Below, in pieces: positions 37,801 through 49,725 of a stretch of 64,000 nt of DNA. The stretch covers positions 186,467 through 250,466 of the forward strand of contig MU053156.1 in the NCBI GenBank assembly GCA_013239625.1. The letters are read 5' to 3'. Position 1 is the stretch's first letter, and every line of letters starts with the position of its first letter. A program made the translations under genes and the position numbers. This DNA comes from Lama guanicoe (Eukaryota). The notes below the pieces were generated by a model, which worked only from the letters and a program-made list of their open reading frames with translations, was not told the origin of the DNA and made no database searches.

Positions 37801-40800
37801 GAAGGAACTGGGAGGACAGGCTTCCGGCAAGGTGAGCGCGGGAAGCGGAGTGCTGCGGGGTGTTGCCTGCACCAGGGCTCAGAGGCCCGCCGTGCCCCAC
37901 GGCTGACCCAGAGCCCCTGGGCACCGTCATCGGCTAGAGGAGGTGTCATTTGCTTGGAAACTGAGGTCTGGCTGAGCTGACACCTGGGGATCCTGGAAGT
38001 GGAACTGGTGCCTGCCCAGCCTCCTCCGCTACCTCCCAGAAGCCTCCTCTCTTCTCTTCCTCAGAAAACCACAAGGGTCTTTGAACTCGAGCTCATTGTG
38101 CCTAGCACGGCCCCTTCTCCGAAGAGGAGGTGTTTGCGTTCTGCCCTGCAGGCTGGAGGGCGGCAGCCACGGCCCCCAACCCAGGCATCCTCACTCCTAG
38201 TTGGGCGGCGGAAAAGGAAAACCAAAACCAAGTTTCCCATTAAAACAGGGGTAGGCCTCCTAGCCTGGTCCCTAGCACGATCCCCTGACTTGTCATAACA
38301 CCCACAAGCCCCATGGAAGAGAGAGGACCAGCAGGCATGAGCCCCACGTTCCGTGCTCGCCTGTGGGCATGGGTGGTGGAACAGAGCACTCGAGAACCTC
38401 TGACTGCAAACGCAGGGGCTCCAGGCTGGGGGCACAGTGCCCCCAGCACGCCCTTCCTCCTGGAGGGCATGGCTCTCCTGGGACAGCTACGTGTCCTTCT
38501 CACAGAGCCCCCTGGGGAGGCTGTGAGTCACAGGGACCCAGCTCGGTACCTCCACCCCAGCCTGCTGACTGAACATCAAAGTCGCCTTGGCTGCGCCCAA
38601 CTTGAGGCAGGTGTGAGGGATGAATAACGAGTGAGCAGCACTCAGCAAAGGGCCTGGGCGTGGGGGTGCGGGAGAGGGCGTGGAGCCGCACGCCATGGAG
38701 AAGGCGCACGCCAGGCAGCAGTGAAGGGCAAACGTGCTGCCCGCCCGGCTCGCCGCACAGTGGGAGAAGCTGTGGGCTAGGGTAGGGGCGAGGCGGGGTA
38801 GGCAGTGAGGACACACCCACAGCGAGCCTTTGGCTCCAAGGAACAGAACACCCACTGCAAACTGGGCTGGATGGTGAAGAACTCATGGGCTTGTGTAACC
38901 GGGAAGATCTGCAGCAGGGTAGGCTTCAGGGGCTGCTTGATCAGGGCTCGCTCTGCTCCTGGAGGTTCCCCCAGCCACGCTGCCCTGTGTACCTGTCTTA
39001 CTTTCCTTGAAGCCCGCAGGGCACTTCTTACCCCAGTAGCCGCCCTGGGCTCCTCCCTCACTGCACCAGCACCATGCCCAGGGCAAGGCACAGCGTCCTG
39101 GCTGGCTTCGGTTCTGCCTGGTTCAGTTCCGCCTTGAGGCAGGGGTAAGTCTGTGCTGACAATCTGAGCCAGCCAGGCCCCAGTCCTCACAGTGGGAATG
39201 GGCTGGGCCTGGTCAGGTCGCAGCGGCTGCAGGTGGGGTGGGACTCGGGCCAGTGTAGCTGGGGGAGGGGTGGGGGAGGCAGCACAGACCGACCCTAAGT
39301 GCATTGAGCAGCGCTGGGTGTTTTCTCAGGCACGGCTTGGGGCGGGAGGGCAGTTAGGAGCTTCTGTCCTGGATGAGGGCCAACTACACGGGGTGGGGAA
39401 GGAGGGAGAGGGAGATGGAGGCTGGAGCGAGAGAAGGAGAATGGGGTGCGAGGTCTGTCCCCGGGGCCAGCAGTGCCATTTGGTGGATGAGGGGATGGGG
39501 CGGACTCCTTTTAGAAGGGTCAGGTGTGAGGAGCCGACCGGGCACAGGGGTGGGTCCGTGAGTGGCTGGGCTGGAGAGAGGACCACCAGTTTCAGTGGTA
39601 CCGTAGTTCCAGCCAAGGCGCCAATGCATTCACCAGAGAAAGGAGATGGACATCGAAGGGAGGGGCCCAGGACCCAGGCCTGGACCGGCAGAGGGGCAGG
39701 GAGGAGGAGCAGGAGGAGGAGGAGGACTGGAGGGTCTTGAGGGCAAATTCAGAACACTGCCTGTGAGGCCAAGGACGCTGATAATCCCAAGCCTGGGCTT
39801 ATGGGAAGGAGCCATGGGGGCTCTGGATCCAGCAGCCTTGAAGGGGCAAGCTCCCCATCACTGGAGGACGCAAAGGGACCGACCGTCCACAGAGGCAACA
39901 AGGCCCTGCAGCCCTCGAGATGCTGGGCTCTGAGATGGACCAGAACTGTGTCCAGGGGTGACCCCACATAGGGGTTGGTGAGGATGGGAGGGAGAGCTCT
40001 GTGCTTGGGGGTTGAAGGGGAGGTGGCCCCCAGGCCAGCTGCTGGCCTAGGGTGGAGGAGGGGGTGCAGTAAAACCTGACCACCCTCTGCAGCCTCGGGT
40101 CCGGGGCTGGGTGTCCTAGAGGCAGGACAAAGCCCCATGGGGTGTTGTGGCGGGGGGGGGGACCTGCATGGCCTCTGCTGCCCTCTGCCGGCCGGCTGTC
40201 ACTGTGGGCCCAGCCCCTCTGCTTCCCAGTACCTACAAGGGCCTGGACCCCAGGAGACCAGGCAAGGCGGTGCCAAGGGCAGGCATGGGGTCAAACTACC
40301 GAGATCTGAGACAGCTGGGAGCCTGTGTTGACCCCGTGACTCATCCTGGCTAGGAGGTCCTGGTGGACTCTGTGGGACAGTGGCTCACCTCTGGGCCCGC
40401 AGTCTCCACCAGTCCCCTCCCGGCTGATATCTTTGTGGCCTGGAGATGGGACCTTCCCACCATGACCCACAGCCTGCCCTACTCCAGGGCGCCCAACCTA
40501 GTCCTTCCAGACCCACTCCAGGCCCCCAGGAAACTCGCTGGGGCTCACCTGCGGTGGGTACCCTCATGCCCCAGGCTCAGCCCCCAGAGCAGGCACAGAG
40601 CCTCACAGTGACAGCGTCTGGGTGGACAGAGGATGTAGCTCTCCTCCTCCGTGGCCCCTCTGCCCTCTGCCACGTCCCCATCCCTGGGCCCCGTGTGTGT
40701 TTAAACGTTAATCAGAGGAGTGGGAGGCTCATCTGCACCACTCTCTGCAGTAACGGTGACTAACATGGATGGCCAGAGGCCAGGTGGTTCCTGCCTTGGT

Positions 40801-43800
40801 GCCTCTCCAGGAGGGCGGCAGGATGCACAGGAGGACAACAGCCACGTGCTCTTCTAGGGGCAGGGAGGCCAAGGTCAGCATCGCTGAGCACCTGGAAGAA
40901 CGGCAAGTACCAACTTCAAAGTGTGGCCGGAGCAAGGAAGGAAAATCAATGCTGAGCTGAGGGACTCCGTGCAGCCGCAGCTGGGCGGGGGGCAGGGCCG
41001 GGGAGGCATGTGTGGAGACGGAACTGGGGGCCCCTGCGCCTTTCTACTTCCCGTAGGAACCTGGGAAAGGGACCAGGACACTCCCTGGAGGTGGTGGGGT
41101 CCTTCCCCTGGCTCAGGCAGATCTGCTGACTGTGCTGGGGAGGGTCCTGGAGAGGAGCCGAGGGCCTCGAACAGCAATCCCGAGGCACTCTGGGCAGTGC
41201 CAGGCACAGCAGCTCAACCAGTCTCCACATGTCCTGGACAGCCTGTGTTGAAGGGCATTGGCGAGGGGTGGGCCTGGGGCCCGAGGCTCCCTCTCCCACT
41301 GGCCCTGATTATTCACAAAATAAGCTGTAGGGCTGTTGTATAGCATTATTACTTTCGTAGAAAATGATGGCAACCCTTCGTAAAAGAGCGATCAATACAA
41401 GAACATCACCGTAAGGAACAAGTCATCAGCCCCGCCTCCCTTGGTTCCCGGGTCCCTGCTGCACTTCCGCCCTTTCCGTGGCCTTTGTGGGCTCAAGGCT
41501 TCGCTGTGCAGGCACTCCGCACCCCGGTGTACTGCGGCCATGTGCCCATGTGGCTGATTTATCGTCAGATAGATGCCCCAAGGTGCTCCCAGCCCGTCAA
41601 GCCCTGTGGTGACACTGAAGGATGTCCTGAACCTTCCTTGTCAGGGGGCTCAGGAAGAAGCCCCAGCCCAAGATCCTCCCCGGCCAGGACCCAGTGCGCC
41701 AGGCCTGCCCCAACCCTGCTGCCGCGTGACCTCCAGTGAGACCTTAGGCTGAAATGCCTCCCACGCAGCCTGAGGACATGGCCCTGCAGGAGTCCTGTAG
41801 CCCCTGACAGGGGCTGGGGGAGCAGGAGGAACTGGAGCCTTCAGTCATGATGTCTGCTCCCCACCCCAACCCAAGGGACGCCGTCTCGGGGACCCTGGTG
41901 CAAGTTCTGATGTACCTATTATTGGGGGGCAGGCAGGTCAGGGAGCCCTCAACCTCCCCCATGCCCAGACGCCCAGGAAAGGCTGTGATTTAGCACCCCT
42001 AATTTGGGAGCTGGGGCTGATGGTAGCTCAGGGAGAGCTGGGCTCATCCCAGTCCTGCTGGAGGGGAAAAGGGGGCACGGGGGCACCATGGTCATGGGCC
42101 ATAAATCAGAAGCAGAGGCTGCAAGCCCCACCCCCAGGACACTCCACTGGCTGGACGGTGCTCAGGGGACGTCCAACTGTTAGAGGACGGCTGCCAGCCT
42201 CCCACCTTGGGCCAAGTCTTTCCCTAGCCAAGCCAGGGTCCTCCTTATCTCAACTCAGCTGTCACCTCCTCCAGGATGCCTCCCGGTCACTGTGCGGGGG
42301 CCCAGGAAGCACAGCCAGCTCTGAGGCCATTGCTGGCAGCTGGCTGGGTGCACACAGCCAGGCCAGGCGCTGGGGACTCCGCACAAGCTCATCCCTGCAC
42401 CCTGGGGCCTTCCACCCTGGGGGAGAGACTGCTGAGGATAGGGAGCTGTGCAGGCCTGGCCCGTGCAAGGCACCTGGCAGGGCCAGGGCTGTTTCTACCT
42501 GTGTCCAAAGTCGTGAAAGGCCAGTCATGAAGCCCTGACTCGGGCCAGCCCCTCACGAATGCCCAGGACTTCAGCCAGAGCCACTGTTTGGCCTTTTCTT
42601 TCCATGGATATTATTTATACACTTCAAAAAACATATATATATATTTAATCACAGAAGTCACACATGCTTGTTGGGACAAAAAGCCCCAAGCACACAGTGT
42701 GCAGGGTAACAAGTGATGGTATTTGCCCCACTGCACCCCACCCGGGAGACCCTGCTGGGCCCGGGGCGTACGTGGATCAGCGGGGCAGCTTGTCACAGGC
42801 GCCGTCCTCGTCCTGCCCCGTGGCCTGGGGGAGAGGCCAGGTGGGGCGCCTGGAGGAGCCATGTGGGGCAGCTGGCTCCTGCTCCCCTTCCCTCAAGCTG
42901 GGGTGTCACTATCACCAGGCTGGAGTGGAGAAGGCATGGCTGGCCCAGTGCTACCAAGGGTCCTAGCTTCTGGTTGACCCCAGAGGACCACGTGGCATGT
43001 CTCTCACCTCCCGCCCAGACTCACAGGGTGTGTGGGGTAACCCAGGGAGGACTGCAGGCAGGGAGACCAAGGATGGCCTTGTCTCTGAGACTCCGTCCAG
43101 GACCCGTTGGCCATCCACAAGGTGCAGGTCCCTGGTGACCTGCCACCACCCCTAGGGGAACCACCATCATGCAGGTAGCTCTGGGTGGGGGGCACTGCCA
43201 CGTCCCTGTCCCAGGACTGATGCCAGTAGGGTAGCCCCTTCCACACAGGATCCCCTGCCTATAACCTGCTCATCTTCAAGCCCTGCCCTGCCATCCCCTG
43301 AGGCTCCCTCCCAGCCTGGGGAGATCCTGCACCTCTCAGGTGCCCTGAGTAGGTGGTGAGAGCACAGATCTGGCTTGTCAGGTGTTTAGTGGGTGCCGGG
43401 GCTTAAGCCAAACGCCTTCTGTGCCCACTTTATCTTGGCAGCAACCCCGAGGAGGGTATCACTACTATTCTCATTTCCCCGCAGAGGGAGTCCCAAACTC
43501 TCTGGCCCGGAGCCTTGCTCTGAGTCCCTGTGCTTCTCAGCGCAGGCTGAGCCACGGACACACGAGAACTGCTGTCATGTTACTCCAGCCTTCCCAGGTC
43601 ACACGCCAGCTCCTTCCCGTTAAAGGTGTCTTCAGCCCTGCACCAACTGCCCTCTTCACATGCAGGATTCCACCTCACTGACCTCAGACTCCACACTTAC
43701 CCTGCCTTGATCTGCTGCCACGCCCTCCCTTCTGCCGCCAGGGCTGCAGGTCCCTCCGGCTTGGCACCCCGTCAAGACTCCCACACTCCTGCCTCCCTGG

Positions 43801-43894
43801 CCCCCAGGCCCCCAGCCCGGTGCCAGCCGGGTGCATCCCCGATGGGTCAGGTGTTCCATGGACCTTGCACATGCCTGATAACTGGAAAAGGTGA

Positions 43895-44030
43895 AAAAGG
43901 CTCTGGGGACACTGCCCCTGGCTTCAAATCCTGCCTTGGGCCCTTGCGCAGGAGCTTCCTCCCCTCTGAGCCTCAATTTTCCCACACAAAATGGGGCAGC
44001 ATTATAGCTCCCGTGGGGAAGGTTGTGCCA
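43895..44030 (+). mobile_element. MIR SINE fragment
   Basis: ggctctgg...ttcaaatcctgcc...ctctgagcctcaattttcccacacaaaatgggg...ggttgtg. Confidence 0.65.
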
Positions 44031-44179
44031 CGCTCGTCAGCGCATAGAGGACACCTGATTTTACGGGGAAAGAATCTGGGGGGATTTCTGAATGCCTTTC
44101 CTCACATGTAGTGGAAGTCAGCACGCAAAGTGGCCGGTGAGGGGACGGCATTCACGTAGGCACAGTAGTGTGGTCCGGG

Positions 44180-44600
44180 ATCCAGCAGACCATCACATTG
44201 TCAGAAAATGCAATCATATTTGACTAGCTCTGAAAAAATAACTAAAACCAGAGAGGTAAACAGAGCTGGGGCAGAATCTGTGGCGGCCAGCAGGGAGTGA
44301 TGAGGAGATACTGTGCTGATGAGGGAGTCTGCACTCCGGGGGAGTCAATATCGGCCTGTGTTTGGTGCAGGTCGGCAACAGGAAGACAAGCCTAAAATTA
44401 AACAAATGTGAATGAATTCCTCTGCGTGCAGACAGCAAATTTATCAGTAAAAATGTGTACAGAGAAAGCAGTAAACTGTGCTAAATCAGAATGAGTTCCG
44501 ATGCAGAGCCATGGTTCGGGCAAATATTTCAGGAAATGGGGGGAAAATCACGACTGTGACAGAGTTCCAATGCCACATTTAAGGATGAAGTGGAAACAGA
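44180..44600 (+). mobile_element. Probable old L1 fragment
   Basis: A-rich, GC-poor island with L1-like motifs. Heavily decayed. Confidence 0.35.
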
Positions 44601-46299
44601 CGCTTCCCTGGGCACCTGTAGGAGATGGGGCGCAGGAGGAACTCAAAGGGAGGCTCTTGGGGAAGAGCTGTGTCACACAACTGTGGCACAAGGGGTCGGT
44701 AAGTGTCCTGAGATGGCTGGGCTGGTGCTTCCTCTTTGGAGCCCCAGGCCTTGCTGACTGGCCCTCGTCAGGGGGTGGCCAGCAGGTGACTGCCACAATT
44801 CCCCTGAGATCCGACCCTCTCAGATCTCTCAGGAGGACAGGACAGGAGTCCAGCTCTGATGTGAGGTGAGGAAGCCAGCGTGACCTCCCACGCATGAGGC
44901 AGGGCTGAACAGGCTCCTGGGGACTGTCCTGTGTGGCCAGGATGCACTGACCCCCACGTGACTGTGCTGCCTTGTCTGGGAGATTTGCCTGGACCCTGCA
45001 GCTGTATTTTGGCTTAGACTCCACCCCCTCAGTCCCTGAGTCAGAGCAGGAATAGGTCGTTAGAGGAGAGGTGCATGGGAAGTTCGGCCCACGGGTTGAC
45101 TTGGCATTTCACGTGCGCAGTCATTTTGCCAAGAACGTGTGTGATGCGGATGGTCATCAGCCTCCTCCATTATCAGTGCAGGAGCGGAGGCCCAGCTGGT
45201 GGTGCCGCAGTACACCCAGCCTGGCCCCTAACAGAGAGTGGTAGAGGGAGGTCGCTGGCAGGGGCGGATAAGATCAACAAGATTATCTGAAGATGAGCAG
45301 AGCACAGCACCAGCTCCTGGTGGGGAGAGGCGGGCTTAGAGGCAGCTCCTCCCACCTCCTCCAGCCCCGAATGTGAATGTCGGCAGGGAGCGCATACCGA
45401 CACCGACCGTGTGTGCTCCACCAAGTGCCCGCAGAACTGCTCAGCGGCACTTTGTCCTGACACATTTGCCTGGGCAGGTGCTGAGGACTGGGGACCTGGG
45501 TCCAGTCCTGGTAACTGGGTGCAGATGCTCTTGGGGGAGTGCTGTCCAGGCCAGGTTGGTGTGCCTGGCAGAGGAGAGACATGGCATCAAAGGGGTGTCT
45601 CCATGGAAAGCAGGAGCCAGGGTGCTGGGCGAGGGGTGGGTGTGATCCCCGGAGACTCGGGGCTCAGGGCAGGACCTGGAGGATGAGTCTTCAACCAGTC
45701 ACCAGCCTAGAGCCTGGCGTGAAACTTCCCACATTCCACTGCCCCTTCTTTCCTTCATTCAGTAAAGACACATCAGGATGCAGTTGGAGAGGGACACAGC
45801 AGATGGCCGGGACACGGCTCCAAGGTCACCACCCAGCTGGGGATGCACCCACCAAGCTGACCCTGAGAGGGACGAGACAAGGGGCTAACGCACAGGGGTG
45901 GGGTGGGGGGCAGGTGCCTGAGAGCACTTGCGGATGGCCTGGAGTGCAGGGGAGGGCTCAGCAGGTTGACCAGCAGGGTGAGATGGAAGGTGTGTGTGAG
46001 CGAGGCTGAGCCCTGCAGCCTTGTCCAGATGGCAGCCGTGAGTCCCTGAGGGCTTGTGGGAGGGGGAAGTTCATCTGTGAAAGGAAAATGGGGGAGTCTG
46101 GTGGCCACGGCCAGTGACCAAGGCTGATCTACTCTTGGTGACCTAAGTTTCTGAGCTGCTGGAGGGACCCTCCCCAAGTTCCTGCCCCTGGTCCTTGGCT
46201 CACCTGCCCCAGGTCTCTCCCTTTTTCTCTTCAACTGCAGTGGGAGGAGGTGGGCGGGAAACCCGTGGCATTGTCAAAAAGCCTCCCGCAGTGTAGAAG

Positions 46300-46425
46300 G
46301 TGGCGATTGTGTCCCTTGGGGACATTAGCAGGGCTGAGGGAAGGGAGCTACAGGCATCTTGCAGGTAGAAGCCTGGCATGCAGTGCACAGGAGGCCCCAC
46401 AGTTACTCAGTCTCCAGTGCTGAAC
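46300..46425 (+). mobile_element. MER20 (hAT-Charlie MITE) fragment
   Basis: ggcgattgtgtcccttggggacatt...gctacaggcatcttgcaggtagaagcc...tgcacaggaggccccaca follows the recalled MER20 order of motifs. Confidence 0.6.
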
Positions 46426-47249
46426 AGGTCAGGGCGTCCAGCGCACCAAGATACATGGGGAACCCAGTGAGCCGAGTGAAACAGGCGGGCAAGGTGGGAA
46501 GTGAGGCTGCCACCCGCAGTCAGACCCAGCACCCGTGGGGGTGCAGAAGCATCCTGAGAAGAAGCAGGAGAGGGAGTGATGGGGAGGGGGGCGCTAGGGT
46601 GGGCAGTGTAGCCGGTTCCCCCCCAGGAGATGGTATTTGGGGCTGGGAGAGCAGGCGGAGCCTGACATTGGAAGGAAGGGAATCCCCAGGCAGAGGGACC
46701 GAGGTGGGAAGGCCCTAAAGGCCTTAGGAGTGAAGGGGCTTTGCTGTCAGCCGGAAGGGCAGTACTGAGGGTGGGGCCTGTAGGGGAGAAACAAGGTGTT
46801 GGAACCATTGGGGCTTCAGGGCTTGCAAGGGGAGACTGGTGGTCTGCGCTTGCTCACTGGGTGGGCGGTGGGACCGGAAAGACGGGAGAAAATGCAGTTG
46901 GCAAGCCGCTAAGGAGACTCCTGCCCACTGTGGAGCCTTAGGCCGGGGAGAGGACGGAGGGCTTCTTAAAGCCCCTTTACACGAGAGGACAAACGGCAAT
47001 GCCTTGGGCCTTCCTGGAGTCTCCGCAGGCCAGGCCTCAGCTGAGTTCCTTCAGCTCAACCAGGGAGGCGCCCAGGTGTGCAGGTGTGCGATGGGGCTGA
47101 CGGCTGGCTCTGAACCCCCCTGGCCAGCTTGAGGACCTGGGAAATCACACCCCGGCTTGCAGGCAAGGCCCCAGGACACCGAGCCGAGTGGGGAGAAGGG
47201 GTGGAGGGGAGGATGGGACTCCAGCGGAGCAGGAAGAGCTAGCGTGGTC

Positions 47250-47900
47250 AGCCAAGGAGGCAGGGTCTCCTCGGGGGTGCGGGCCCCAGCCGAGAAGTGG
47301 GGTTTAGGTGCACGTGGCGAGGCTCGGTGGGCGGGGCCTGCTGGGGGACGCGCACCTTTCGGGAGCGCGCGGGGCGGAGCCTCCCTGGGAGAGGGTGTGG
47401 CTCGGGGGAGGGGTGAGCGGGTATGAGGGGGTGGGTCGCGGGCCGGCGGGGCGGGGCCGGCGGCATGTACTTAAGCGGCCCCGGCCGGCGCGCGCCCCCG
47501 GCCATGTATCTGAAACGCATCCTCTACGTCCTGCGCTCCGGAGTCTCTCGCCGCGCCACGCAGTCCACGGCGCAGGCGACCAGCGAGCTGCCGGCCGCGG
47601 GCCCGGGACGCGGGGCTGCCGAGGCCGTGCGGTCGCCAGTGCCCGCCGTGGACTTCGGCAACACACAGGAGGCGTACCGGAGCCGGTACAGTTGGGAGCT
47701 GGCGCGCAGCCTGCTGGTGCTTCGCCTTTGCGCCTCGCCCGCGCTGCTGGCGCGCCACGAGCAGGTGCGCGGGGGCTGCAGGGACGCAGAGGGGCGCGCG
47801 GCCAGGGCCCCGCGGGGTCTTCTGCGGGTGCTGGGAGTCGTTATGAAGTTTCCAAGTGCAAAGTGGAGCTCTGGAGCAGCGCCTGTAGCCGGGAGGGAGG
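47250..47900. promoter_or_regulatory. CpG island / PRODH promoter
   Basis: CpG-dense region with GC boxes (ggggcggggc near 47449-47458, gggcgggg near 47330) around the first coding exon. Confidence 0.85.
47504..47764 (+). CDS. PRODH: Proline dehydrogenase 1, coding exon 1 (mitochondrial presequence and N-terminus); alternative in-frame ATG at 47465
   Basis: gccATG MYLKRILYVLRSGVSRR...VRSPVPAVDFGNTQEAYRSRYSWELARSLLVLRLCASPALLARHEQ, donor CAG|gtgcgc. Confidence 0.92.
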
Positions 47901-49629
47901 GGTTTCCTGCACTCCCTTTCGGGTCCGTGAACTTTACTACATGTCAGTTACTAGCAACCAAAGACGAAGACCAGTTTAATTTCTAAGCTGTATACTACTT
48001 GCAGTAATACATAGTTTTACCTGAAGTTTAAAACTGAGTGTCACCCTTGTTGCCCAAAGGGAAGCCTGGCAGTATTCAATGGCTCATAGCCTGGGTCCCC
48101 AGAGTTCTTGGAATCTGTGACCCAGGGGCTCCCCAGACATGACCTCTCTGAACAGACAGTGTTGAGGGAAAATGGGAAGCTGCTCAAATATCCAACTTTT
48201 GCAACTTTAACACAGTAACTTTGAAAAGTGTGAGGGCTCTGGGCAAGTAAAAAGCAGAAGTGTCTTAGCCACTGCCAGTTAAGGTGATCCTGGAAACAGT
48301 TTAAAAGCGGGTCCAGTTGCTGCCAAGGGTCTGGATGGCTTTCATGCAGGTGGTGTTGATTTCTCAGATGAGACTGCTCAGGGTACTGTGCTGCCTCCCT
48401 TGGCCCCAGGGAGAGGCTGGGGTGTCTGGCCCTAGGAGGAGCGCAAGCCACACCTTGGGCATAGGTGAAGTGAGGCCACTGTGGGTGGAAGGTGAGGGCA
48501 GAGGCCCACTAAGTTAGAGTTGCGTGGCTCTGACGGGCACGGTTCAAAACCAGCAGAGAAGCCAGCAGAGCCGTGGGCTCTGGAGTACTGTGGGTGACAG
48601 GTTGGGGGCGCCATGTCAGCTCCACTGTCTCTCGAGTGCCTGCCTGGGGGAAGTGTCATTATGCTGGGACTGTACTGTGGGTGCCTGGAGGAGCAGGAAG
48701 GCTTCTCCCGGGCTCTCCTCCTGTTCTGCCTGTGTCCTGGGGACATCCTTAAGTAGCCCAGTAACTGTGTGAGGTGCTCTGTGTGCCCTCCGCGGCACCT
48801 GTTCCACTGTTGTCGTTGCTGGTGGTCCCACTGGAGACAGTGGCCTTGGCGCCTGTTGCTGCAGGAAATGGGGCAGAGGCCATGCTGCAGAGTTGTGGGC
48901 TGCTCACCAGAACCTGGTTCTTCCACGTGCTCTGGCCTGCAGCAAAAATTCCTCCTGCGGAGCCAGTGCAGGTCTGTGCAGCTCCTGCCCCCGGGAGTGA
49001 CAGCCTGCAGGAGCCCAGTGTGAGCTGCGGCATTGGCTCAGGACACAGCGGGGGGCCTGCACTTGCCAGAAGGCAGGCCTTTTTGAGAAGAGTTTAGAAA
49101 ATCCAGGTCTTCTCTGTGCTTGGGTGTGAGCCATCGCAGGAGAGTGTGAGAGAGAGGATGGGACCGACAAGGCCCCTCATGGGAGGAAGGGCAGGGAGGA
49201 GAGAACCAGCTTTACCGTCCTTGCTCAGCATGTGGCCTGTTTGAGCCTTTCACGGTGAAAATGACTGAGTGTTACTGTTGCAAGTTTCTAAGTCCACAAA
49301 GGGTGCTCCTACCTAGGGAAGAGGTGGGGCTATCCTCATCACCCTGGGGCACACCTGACGCCAGGGTGGTTTTAAAGGGGCCACTTTGCTTTGGAGTTGG
49401 CTTAGAACCACCAGACCTGCCCCATGTGCATCTGTCGTCCCCTTGACAGGCTGGCCTCCCCTTTGCCAGGATGAGAGGTTGAGTGGCTGGCTCTGGGTAC
49501 CTGGGTGGTCTTCACTGTTGGTTGTTCCTTCTGAGCCCTGCCTCCCCTTGGGGAGCAGGAGGTCACCAGCTTGCGACCCCTGGACCGTATCCCAGCATCA
49601 GCCTTGTTTCTGTCCCTTCAATGAGCATT

Positions 49630-49725
49630 GGCTGGGGTGCCTTTCATGCTAGTTGGGTAGTTATGGCAGAGACTGTGTGGCCCGCACAGCCTAAATTATT
49701 TACCCTTGGTGGGACAGTTTGCCAG
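49630..49725 (+). mobile_element. MER58 3' fragment
   Basis: gttgggtagttatggcagagactgtgtggcccgcacagcctaaattatttac...gtttgcc resembles the MER58 3' end. Confidence 0.65.
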
